Assembly: GCF_006345805.1 (NCBI RefSeq) | Contig: NC_042999.1 | Location: 102,982,001-103,046,000 of the forward strand | Length of the DNA stretch: 64,000 nt | Reading direction: 5' to 3' | DNA from: Octopus sinensis | Lineage: Eukaryota | In this document: positions 53,083 to 64,000 of the stretch, one piece after another | How positions within the stretch are numbered: position 1 is the stretch's first letter | How the letters are laid out: each line of letters opens with the position of its first letter | The notes under the pieces: model-generated | Databases searched by the model: none | What the model was told of the DNA's origin: nothing | Seen by the model: only the letters and a program-made list of their open reading frames with translations | Position numbers and translations under genes: made by a program

Positions 53083-56000
53083 TGTAGGTTACACAGCTCG
53101 TGCATTGAGTTCTTCGTTTAATTTTTATCCAGTTCCGTCCTTACTGGGCATATAAACTTTTTCTCTTTCTCCCTCACTTTGTGTGCGTGTGGTTTAAGTA
53201 TGGCAACTAGAAAAATTATGTGAAGGGCACATTACACATAGTACTAATTATGAAAGAATTTTCAATAGAAGCTTTATATAAAACGTGTTATCTCAGATTC
53301 TACTATATAATTTGTGATTTTATAAAAAAAAATTATCAAAGCAAAAGGAACTTGGCATCTAAATTTATTTTGCTTATCACTAAATAAATCTAATGATGGG
53401 TTGAAAGATTGTTGCTTTCGCAATCTCTCAACTGGAGACAGGTTATCGTAATATCAATAAAATCTGATCAGCACGGCAATGCTTCCTAAAGAGTTTAGGT
53501 TATTATCATTGAGTGGCACGTAAGTGTAACATATTTAAAAATCTAATATGTTGACGGTCAGATTAAGTTATAGCTTGGTTAGTACTTTCCTTCTTAGGCA
53601 ACACAAACATTCAAAATTTGATTCTCTGTTTCTAAATTGCATTCCTTAGAAATTTGTAGAGATTCTTGGATATCTACGCCCATTCTTATGCAACGTACAC
53701 AAACAGATAAAAGTTAGAGTGACTGATTTATTATATAAATATTTTATTTTAAATTAACACGCATTTAAACAGATTATCGTTAAAGAATTATTTTAACCTA
53801 AAATCTAAATTTGATAAATATAATAATGCATACTTATGTTAATAATCAATACAATGAAAACATTATATTTACAAAACAATTACAATATTCATTTATTATT
53901 TTATTCTTTCATTGGTTTCAAATACAGAACTGTGTCCATGCCTTGAAGAGTTTTTGTGGGCCGTCCCTGTGTTTCATTCTAGAAATTATTTTTGTCGTAT
54001 CGCTAATTTGTTTTTTGCTACGAAGGGTTAGGGTGAATCTATTGTTCAGAGAATCTTTTTACTTTTGTGAGAAAGTGTTCCTTATGACAGATGTACGGAG
54101 AAAGAAAAACTTACACGATATATACGTCTCACTCGCCTCACATAAATACAGAAAGGGTGATTTGTTAAATACTGATTGGACATCTAGATTTAAAGGAAGA
54201 ATGAAAAGTGTATATAAGTAAAGTAATTCCAACAGGGGACGGAAGTCAATGTCACGACACTCCATGCACTGATAGCTTACCACACTTTCACATTTACTTA
54301 ATTATCATATTGACACAATCTTGCATGCTCACAGAAAAGACAATAAACTTGTGTAACATTCATTAAACACCACCGTTGCAAGTAAAATTGAAGTGATTAC
54401 AAACCAGATCAAAATTAGAATGCAGACATGACTTCACATTAATGTAGATTTTATATCTAAGATAAGTCAGAAAGTTTTCTGTGTTATGACCTTTGATGCC
54501 TGATTGAACTGGTTTGTAATTTATTGATTTCTTACATTTGCCATCAAACAATGCTATTATCCGTATGTCGGGTCAGCAAGGCAGTCTAAATAGCATTTGC
54601 ATCTCTCTCGAATTATAAACCATTGTCTTAAAAATTAGGAAGCCTTATTAGATACTCCTTTGATTACATATTTACCCAAAGGTAACTTGGAACTAAACAT
54701 GAACAACAAATTTTACTCACCTTTTTAAAAAACATTTAAAAATATTTTTTACAAACAAATTACTAAGCTGACTGGACTAATTTAGCCTCATCTGGCTTTT
54801 GAAACTATATCTCAGATCTAAGATGATGTATTTTAGGATCGTGTAACGATCATCTTTTTCCCAAGTGTATTTACATAAAATTAGAAGCATGTCGCGATAT
54901 CAAGTTTACAAGATATTTACACTTGGCGTGCTTACCAACACCTGCTTCTAAAATTATTGATTTTCTTTGATAAGTCACAAGGTCAATTTTTGCAGTTGAA
55001 GGTTGTAAAGGCGATTGGAAAGACCCGGAGATATTAATATTAATATTAATATTATTATTTTATCAACACCCATCAATGGAAGTCGAAATCAAATCCACAC
55101 TGCTTCTGTCATATTCACTAGACATCTTTCAACTAGATTAATCAAATAGTTGTTATGCTTAGTCTACTTTTGCTACCAATAAATTTTTTGTCACAATTCC
55201 CAACATGTTCATATCGATTTTTATATATTCGCAATTTTGTGATTAATTAGATATTCAAGGCACACACACTTTCTGTAATTATCTGTGTATAATCATTATT
55301 TCCCATTTATTTCACACGCTGATTTATTCATATATGTCTGCTTTTGACTGATACCTGTTAAGGAAACAAACAAACAAAACATCTTAATTCCGTTTACTAT
55401 AAACTAGTGGTTTGTCTTACCGTCTCTAAGTAATATTTTTAAAGATGCCGATAGTTTAGAGTGCAAAGAGAAAAATAAAGTAAAATATTTTTGGTAAATA
55501 AGGCAAAAGATATATTATATTAGTTCAATTGCTACCTAGGAGAGCTAGGCTGGCAGTTATAAATATTTTATTATGTTTGATTGTAATAGCAAAAGGTTTG
55601 TGGTAAATTTAGAGGCTTTCATTCAAATATCAATAAGTAAATTTTAATTCACATAATTTGAATATATATCACGTAATTTACGGCAATTAATCTTTTACAT
55701 TTTGTCGTGCTGCTGTAAACTACAAAAGCAATTTCATGATTATTCAGGCTGATGCACGTACAATTTAACCGATACACATACATAAATATAATTTATATGT
55801 ATACAGGATAGCACGGGTGCTTTTGTTAACAGGATAGGAAAGTATCTTGTGGAAAGGTAACTGGTTTATATCTTTTCACTGACATTAAGTTGCTCCACTG
55901 TCGACAATACTTTCGAATACAGAAGTTTAACCTAAATAGGTTCTACAGGTTAGGAACAACTCGTTGATGTAGAAAGCAGTCATATTATATAATTGACGAC

Positions 56001-57232
56001 TAATTTAGCCCTGATTAAGTAGAATTCTGGCCAAAGGCATTCCACTCATATTCATCACCTCTCTTTGAGAAATATTTATCTGCATTATCTATTTTAAATG
56101 ACATTTGGATACTATTTCGAATAGCTCGATCGAATGCATAGAAGATTCTGTATTAGTTTATGATGCCGAAGAACCCATTAGCACCCAGGGTTCTTTTTGT
56201 AGGACCAGAAGGATAATCGATCATATTTCTGCAACAGCTGCAATTTCTAAAATATCTTCAGTTAGTCACCAAGACTGGATTGTCTTTCAAATATTACACC
56301 TACTTTGTGATGTATATTGGCAACACTGATGTCTCAGTTTTCAGTACAGTGTAAAAACTTTGAGGGAAAGGATACACTCAGTTTCATCTATTACTCAATC
56401 AAAAGGTTTTTGGTAAGTAATACTTATATCCAATCCATATTTGTATATAGTATAAATAATTGTTCTAACTGTTCTATAAAGTCAAGAAAATACTTGAAAG
56501 TAATTTTGCTCAAATATAGAATGCTCTAAAATTTTGGTCCTAATATGAGGACGATGGTCACTAGAGAACCATTTTTTCCCATGTTGCATAAAAGAAAAAA
56601 CAGTTTGCAGGGGCAAACTTTTTTATGCTGAAAACATTTTCTATGTATAGACAGCAGTGAAAAAAAAATGTATCAGGATGTGTTCAGCTTCATCGCTATG
56701 ATAATGAAGAGCTAACACAACCAATCACGGGTACAGTACTTCCATCAGAACATCCCCCCCTTCATCTGACATCCACTTCTGCTCTTCACTCTCTTCATTG
56801 ATAGCCACCACCCAATACCCCATCCCCACCCAACATCTCCATCCAACACCCCCATCCAACACCCTCTACCCAACAATCTACCATCACATTACCTACACCT
56901 ACACCCCCACACATCACTCTACACACACTAGCACTGAGCATTTCCCAACACCCATACAGTACACCACCATCCACACACCCACACACTATCGTCCACGCAC
57001 TTACACATGATCTTCAATAGCGTCACCACAAATACCACTATATGAGCAGCCACACGTTACAGACACACACACTTACATACAAACACACCAAGAGTTGTCA
57101 AAGACTTACAGATGCACTTCACCTACACGATTACACACGCACATACCCAGACTTCTCAAAGATTTGTTACAGTTTCTAGCCCTATTTACGCACACACACT
57201 TACACATTCACACACACGCACGTGCACCTACA

Positions 57233-57475
57233 CTGGGATCGCCATCTCTTTATTATCTCCCTTTCATCCGATCTCTTTAAACTTTTTTTTCTAATCAGTC
57301 GCCATGCTTGACCACTAATTCCACATTCTCTCTCTATTTTCTCTTATTCCTTTCTGCTGAAAAGCATAGGCTCGAAACGTAAAAGACTTTTACATTTTTA
57401 ATTTCCCGAGCATCAAACCAATATACTCGCTTGTTGTTCATACACCTGTCATCGTCTTTTCTATAAATTTCATTT
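57233..57475 (+). mobile_element. Short HHR-bearing repeat related to 24620-24820
   Basis: Shared layout: pyrimidine tract, minimal HHR, cc.gagc.tc.aa..aatac motif, ending in (TA)n. Confidence 0.6.
57350..57385 (+). ncRNA. Decayed minimal hammerhead
   Basis: CUUU-CUGCUGA-A-AAGC AUAG GCUC-GAA-ACGU-A-AAAG; A6 changed to C, first stem II pair broken. Confidence 0.6.
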
Positions 57476-57490
57476 ATATATTTATATATA

Positions 57491-57543
<53 letters not shown>

Positions 57544-57567
57544 TGTGTATCTATCTATCTATATATA

Positions 57568-59590
57568 CTAGCTGACGTACTCGGCAACTCCCGGGAAAGC
57601 GGTGTTTATCCCTTGGTTCCATTCTCATGATTGTTTTGCTAATCTAATAAAACAATACAAAGTAGGTAACTCTTGAAACGATTTTGTGTATTTAGAGAGA
57701 ATACCAAACTGTCTGATACAGGATTTTGCTTTTAAGAAATTCCAGTAAGCTAATAATACCCAAATCGTGAAGTCAGTTACGTAATAACATGAAATTAGTT
57801 ATTCGATTGTAAGAACTCAAACAAAGTAGCCCCGAAAAGCTTTAATGGGTTCCCAGACTATATAGAACTTAGGAGGAAATACCAATAAGGTATGAATACA
57901 AAAATCGTGAAGCATGTTATGTAATAACAGGGTAATCAGATATGAGATAATAGCAATTCAAAGTAAATAACTCTGAAAAGGGCTTTTGTGCGTTCCCAGA
58001 GAATATAACCCTTAGGGGCGCTGGTGTTGAAATAGATTTACAATGAATGTAGAAACAGACTGACATTTAATTTTACAGTAGATATACAAATAAATTTGCA
58101 TATAGATTTAAAAATAAAATAACATGTAGATTATCAATATATTCACAACACTTACAAATATTGCAGTTAAATAATAAATACCTGATGATTTGGTGAACCT
58201 TATTAAGTTTGCAGAGCTTTCCTTGTGGGGCATAAATAAACAAATGATTAGGATTGCCGATACTTGAGCATCCCACATAAAGTTGGCCATGGGAGAAAAC
58301 TGCTTCCACAAGGTTCAGACATACCACAGCCAAAGACTGCCCCTGGGCCTTGTTAATGCTCATTGCAAAGCTCAGTTTCAACGAGAATTGCAAGCGCTTG
58401 TACTGGAAAGGCATATCCGAGGGAATAAGTAGAATTTTAGGAATGAATACAGGCTCACCGCTTGCTTTACCAGGCATCATCTTCTTTATTATGAATCGTG
58501 TGCCATTGCAAAGCTTTGGTAGATCGAGGTTCGAAGCAGCATAACTGGTGCCCCAATCTTGAGGTGCAAGTTGTGAGGTAGGATAATTCACAGCTTCATC
58601 GATGTTGAGAACAGTGTCAATGGAACTGTAGATGTGACGCTCACCTGGCAACGTTTGCAGAAGTTTGATGTTCAAATCATCAACTTCCACATTCATTGGA
58701 GTAAAATGGCACGGTTTTTCAACCAGTTGTGGTCTGTAAACTGATTCATCAGGTGAGGAAACACCTTATTCATTAGTTCCTTTAAATCAGACACCATATG
58801 TCCAAAATGCAAGCTTACCTGACCATCCTTCTTGGCAACCGAAGTGCCGTTACTGACGTCCAACAGTTGTGTTGAAAAGGTTCTGTCTGCATCATCACCA
58901 TTGAGCTGCACTCTCATGCTGGTTGTAAGTCTTAGCTTTTGCACACTGCTCCATAAGTAGGACGACTTTATGCTGACATTTACCTCATCAGCTCTTGTTC
59001 CCTTTGGATCCACGGGTAGGGCTTGTCTAAAGTCTCCTGAAAGTAAGACTGTGGTGCCTCCCACGAGCTTGGAGTTGTGTTTCATATCCTGAAGGGCCAT
59101 GTCAAGAACTTCAAAGGAAACCTTATGGGTCATTGTCGCCCCATCGCAGATGATCAACCTGCATTTTTTGGACAGATCGAAAGGGAGTTTGAAACAGGAA
59201 TGAGCTATGCAGCCACAACTTAGCAGCGTTGAAGCTGTTCCACTTGACGCTACTGCTATGGCAATGTGTTTCATTTGGTGCAGTTTAGCCAGAAGAAGGT
59301 TGATGACAAATATCTTGCCAGTTTCACCTGGCAGATGCGAAAAGAAAAGACCTCCTCTTTCACTTTCAATGCACGAAATAATGGTCTTATATACATCCAG
59401 TTAGTCTTCTATCAGTTCGTGTTCGTTATCAGCTATATACGCCGTCAATGCCTCGGGGTTATGGCTAATTTCTCGCAGGTACTCAATTGCAAGATAGTTT
59501 GCTGCCTGTTCCAGTTGAGGCAGACCCAATTGTTTATTATAAGAAAGGTGAAACATATTCTTCTACAAGAAAGAAAATATGACCTCGATA
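57568..59590 (-). mobile_element. Helitron 3' part: PIF1-type helicase pseudogene and 3' terminus
   Basis: LPGETGK Walker A, AVASSG.A.TLL, GDFRQALPV, FAMSINKAQGQSL, FSHGQLYV.CS. Ends cccgg-gagttg-ccgag...CTAG|T at 57568. Confidence 0.93.
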
Positions 59591-59619
59591 CAAAAAACTT
59601 AACTCTAAAGCTATGATTA

Positions 59620-60760
59620 ATATGATGAATAAAGATAAAACAGGTAATATATTATATCATAACTATATATACTGGACAAAAATATCCAACATAAAAACAG
59701 GGTAGTAGAAACGACAAAGATAGACCTAACGTATAACTTTATATTGATAACAGGATAAACATGTATAGATTACACACCAAATATACTAAACCAGAAGCAC
59801 GTTATGACCAAAATTAGAAAAATATAAATAATAAATTAGCCATTGACCAAATCAAGTGGAACATGGGACCTTACAATAATAATTGCAATATTAACATTAA
59901 TTACAATATAAAAAGGCAAAATAAAAATTTCATACCTTATGTAAAATCCACAAAAACAAGCTGTGTTAATCTCAATTCTAGTAAAAGTAAAATAAAGGAG
60001 AATTGTATCTAATAAATATTACCCTTCGCTAAACAGGTAAAAACAACCATAATTGAAGTTACACGTCGGATAATGAACACTTCTCTCGTAATAAAAACTA
60101 ATATAGTGACATAATTCAGAATAAACATTTTATATTTCGTCATTCCGTTTCCCGTAATTTGTTTAGACATACATCTTCTATGAATTATGCAAAATTAGAT
60201 AATTTTTACGCTAAGCCAAAACTTAATATTCCTCATATTAAACAAACACATAATGTACCAGATAAAGCCAAATCTAAATATTCAAATATAAACAATCAAT
60301 TAGTAGGTGCTCATAGCCCACCTACTAATTCTTGTGATAATCTTAGTAAGTTCTCTTATTGTAGGGTTAAAAAGCAATGTAAATTTGTCAATTATTGCAA
60401 GCGGAAGAACTTAGTATACCAAGCTATAGTAGAGGCTGAAGATAACTATTTTCCTAAATTGGTTCTACGGATTCATATATGAATCATATATGAAATCATA
60501 AATATTCTTTTAGAAACACCAGTAAACGTTCTTCGACTAATCGTAGTAAATTCATCTGGAAATTAAAAGATATTGATATCAATTTTAAAAATAGATGGAA
60601 GATTATATGTTCTGCAAAACATTACCAACAACCTGATAGAAATTGTCAACTCTGCACCTCAGAGTGTTATAACATCCTTCTTTCTAGTAAGCAATTATTA
60701 AATGAGTGGGTTGAAAAATTATCTGCTTGCCTACACACACCTAAATATCTATTTTATAAA
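59620..60760 (+). mobile_element. Naiad-like PLE remnant (linker, Cys motif, GIY-YIG)
   Basis: IKWNMGPY, KIKISY, YCR.KKQC....C...LVYQA.V, SF.....ST..SKFIW.LK, WKII..A..Y....CQLC..E, LN....SAC.H. Confidence 0.75.
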
Positions 60761-61366
60761 TATCATTAACAATTCTTTAATTATTAATATCACTATTTGT
60801 TAGGTTTCTTATCAACCACAAATACTTTTACTAAATTTGAAATTAATTAGATACTTATTAGAACAAGCATTTATATCTATTATTTGATACAATATAAAAT
60901 ATATAATATATTGCCTGAATATACATACTTCTAACTTATACATAATATATATAAATGTTTATATTCCAACAAACATTCAATTTTATATTTTTCGTAATAT
61001 ATATATAAGTAATATCTCCTTACCTATAAATTCCTAGCATACGAGTTAATCATTCTTATTTTCACAGATTAAATTATATTATATTGTAATTCATATTTTA
61101 AAAATTATCTTTAAATATCAACACTTCGTTTAACTACTAAATAGTTCTAATATTCCTTAGCAAAATAAAAAAAAATCGATATTAAAGCAAAATACTGCAT
61201 TTTTTTCTTCATATAACGTAATACGCTACTCCTACATACAATGAAATAATCTCCAATTTACTTATTTATTTAATTAATAATCAATAATTACATATATATT
61301 ATGCTATATTATAACAAATACCCAATATATGCTCCCATATATTAAACTAAATTTTATTTCATTATA

Positions 61367-62565
61367 TTGGGTTGTCCGGAAAGTTCGTGTCGATTTATAG
61401 TAGCTTACCTTTCGACTTATTTTAGAACATGGTTGAGTCCATAAAATAGGATTTGACTACACCTCCATTTAGAGCACAGTTTAAGCTATCTTTTCCTGGA
61501 AGAAGGTTATGTTCCTATAACCTGTGCTAATTCTGTAACCCTTTAAAATGGAATATAAGAAGGTTCATTTTCGGCACTTGATGCTTTTCTTTTTCCGTTA
61601 AGGAAAAAATGCCTCACAAGCAACCAAAGATATATGCGCAATTTACGGTGATGTTTCTTTATCCAAAAGAACTGTACGGAAGTGGTTCACAAGGTTCCGA
61701 GCTGGAGATTGTAGCCTTATTGATAAAAAGGATCAGGCAGACCATCCACTACAGATAATGACCAAATCATGTCATTAATTGAGAATAATCCACATTGCCC
61801 AACCCGAGAATTAGCAGAAAGCCTCAACCTATCAAAAGCCGTCGTTCATGAGCACCTAGTAAAGCTTGGGTACACAAATCGCTACGATGTTTGGGTACCC
61901 ACATGAGTCGAGCGAGAAGAACCTTTTGAATCGCATTTCCATCTGTGATTCGCTTCATAAACGGAATGAAAACGTTACAGGTGATGAGAAATGGATTATC
62001 TACAAAAATGTTCAGGGAAAGCGATCCTGGAGTAAGTGCCATGAGCCACCCTTAGCCACCCCAAAAGCGGGTCTTCACCCTAAAAAAGTCTTGCTCTGGG
62101 TCTGGTGGAATTAGAAAGGAATTCTATACTATAAGCTTCTCCCAAGTAACCAGACAGTTAATTCTGAGAAATATTGCACACAACTGAACAAGTTAAAAGC
62201 AGCAATTCAAGAGAAACGTCCAGAATTGACCAACAGGAAGAGTGTTGTTTTCCAACATGATAATGCAAGACCGCACATTTCTTTGGGAACCAGACAAAAA
62301 TTGCTGCTGCTTGGCTGGGATGTGCTACCCCACCCTCCATATTCACCACATATTGTTCCTTCCGATTTTCACTTATTCAGGGATCTGCAGAATAGCCTTA
62401 ATGGTAAAAATTTCAATTCCTTGAATGAGGCAAAAAAGATACCTTGATGAATTCTTTGCCATGAAACCACCTCAGTTCTGGGAAGAGGGTATTTTCAAGT
62501 TAAAGCAAAGACAGAGACGTATTGTGCAACAAAATGGTTCATATTTGGTTGATTAAAATATAATG
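61367..62565 (+). mobile_element. Mariner element, right TIR missing
   Basis: TA-ttgggttgtccggaaagtt left TIR. Motifs WVPH, VTGDEKW, FQHDNARPH, HPPYSP...PSDFHLF. Confidence 0.92.
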
Positions 62566-62679
62566 GCAAGAATTGGTCACCATTTTCAAGTATATGGGGC
62601 AAAATTTCATCAAGATTTTATGGGTTGTTATACTACTTTATGGGCTTATACTATGGTGTTTAATGGGGTTAAATAGCAG

Positions 62680-63588
62680 TAGAATTGCGTTTCCCTCCAG
62701 AGACAGTTCCGCAACCATAGAATGAATTTGATCAGATAAAATGCTTAAATAGTCTTGACTATTCTGCCACGAAAAAAACCATTAAGCCGGCGCATTTCCA
62801 AGATATAGCTCCCCAGATCATCACAGATCCTCCTCCATGTTTAACAGTTGTAAGAAGGCAGTCTGGGTCAAATGTTTCATTTGGCTCTCGCTCTCTCCAC
62901 ACGTATACTCGGCCGGTGGTCGAAAATAAGATAAAGAATGACTCGTCCGAGAAAATAACATTCTTCCACTGATCTAGGGATCAATTCAGTAAGTTTTTAC
63001 TCCAGTCTAAACACTTTGCAACATTTGTTTTTGAAAGTAGCGGTTTTCTTATTACAGTCCTCCTGTGAAATCCGGCTTTGTGCAGCTCCCGGCGGACAGT
63101 TTTTGTGGAAACTGGGTTCTCGAGGTGGTCATTAAACTCTGCAGTAATTTTGGGAGCTGTACCTTTGTGATCCTTTCTAACAATTCGCGTAAGTGTCCGA
63201 CGGTCCCTATCTGAAGTTTTGGTTTTCACCGGAGTTTTGTTTCGACGAGGAGGTTTTCCCCTCTTTCTCAAAGGCTGTCATTACTTTCGAGACAGTACTT
63301 CTTGATATACCCAACATTTCGGCTGTTTTCGTTACGCTAGTGCCTGCCATACGAGCACCAACAATTTGACCCCTTTGAATTTCCGATAGATCTATCATTT
63401 TAATCAATTTTAATTACCTTTTTCTGATGATATCTGAAAAGAAACAGCAATTTTAGCTAAACATATTTAGCAACACTAATAATAAAATGAAACGACATAA
63501 AAATGAACACGCTTTTGACGGCTTTACAGATATTTCAAAATTATGTTGCTATGATGTTAGGTGTTTCCATTATTTTGTCCAACCCATG
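62680..63588 (-). mobile_element. Tc1-family element, 5' part
   Basis: DLSEIQRGQIVGAR..G.SV...A..LG.SRSTVS, DRRTL.R.VR, STKTVRREL..AG...RKPLL. TIR ggtgtttccattattttgtccaacccatg followed by TA. Confidence 0.9.
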
Positions 63589-64000
63589 TATGTACGCACA
63601 CATATAAACATAGTGCTTATATGAACAAACACTTATGTGTACGTATTTATCCATTTACAAACATGTACGTATATACATATAGATAAATCTCTTCATTCTT
63701 AACATACTTTGACAGATTTGAAATGTGGTGTTCTCCATTCAAATCTGCTGAAATGTGTTAAGAATGAATATATATGCAAACCATCGTTTTAGGTTTTCAA
63801 CGTTTCATCTGAAGATAATTTATTATCGACTTGGCAAGCACCATCATGCATCAGCAAATAAGTTGTGTGCCACATTCTATAAACAAGAACGACAATTTTT
63901 TAAAAGATCTGAGTCTACATGAAGAGACACAATCAGGTCAACGCACAGAGGTCTCAAACTTCTGTTATGTTACTGGGTCTAGTATGTCATCAACAACTAT

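Noticed and set aside
56105-56330. Q.GF..R...D.I-like LINE RT motif
   Set aside because: Too weak without an alignment.

Overview
AT-rich, repeat-saturated eukaryotic DNA with no supportable host protein-coding exon. The SINE families and microsatellite load look like an octopus (coleoid cephalopod) genome; this is pattern recognition, not a database match. Most long ORFs in the track are translated (TA)n/(CA)n/(TATG)n/(CTAT)n tracts. Real content is transposon debris: three tRNA-derived SINE families (about 20 copies), four mariner and two Tc1 transposase remnants, one clear and one fossil Helitron helicase fragment, RTE-like and RLE-type LINE fragments, and many Penelope-like element (PLE) pieces of two types (Penelope/Poseidon-like and Naiad-like). 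The most unusual signal is a dense set of type I hammerhead ribozyme (HHR) motifs read by eye from several unrelated short repeats. These include: one near-canonical HHR (5322-5372); one intact minimal HHR (24690-24724); a U3-A8 covariant core in two families; a 554-bp head-to-tail array with one HHR-like motif per unit and an A-B-A-B pattern (retrozyme-like); and a ~440-nt fold-back rod with an HHR at its apex. Folds were assigned manually and none is shown to be active.
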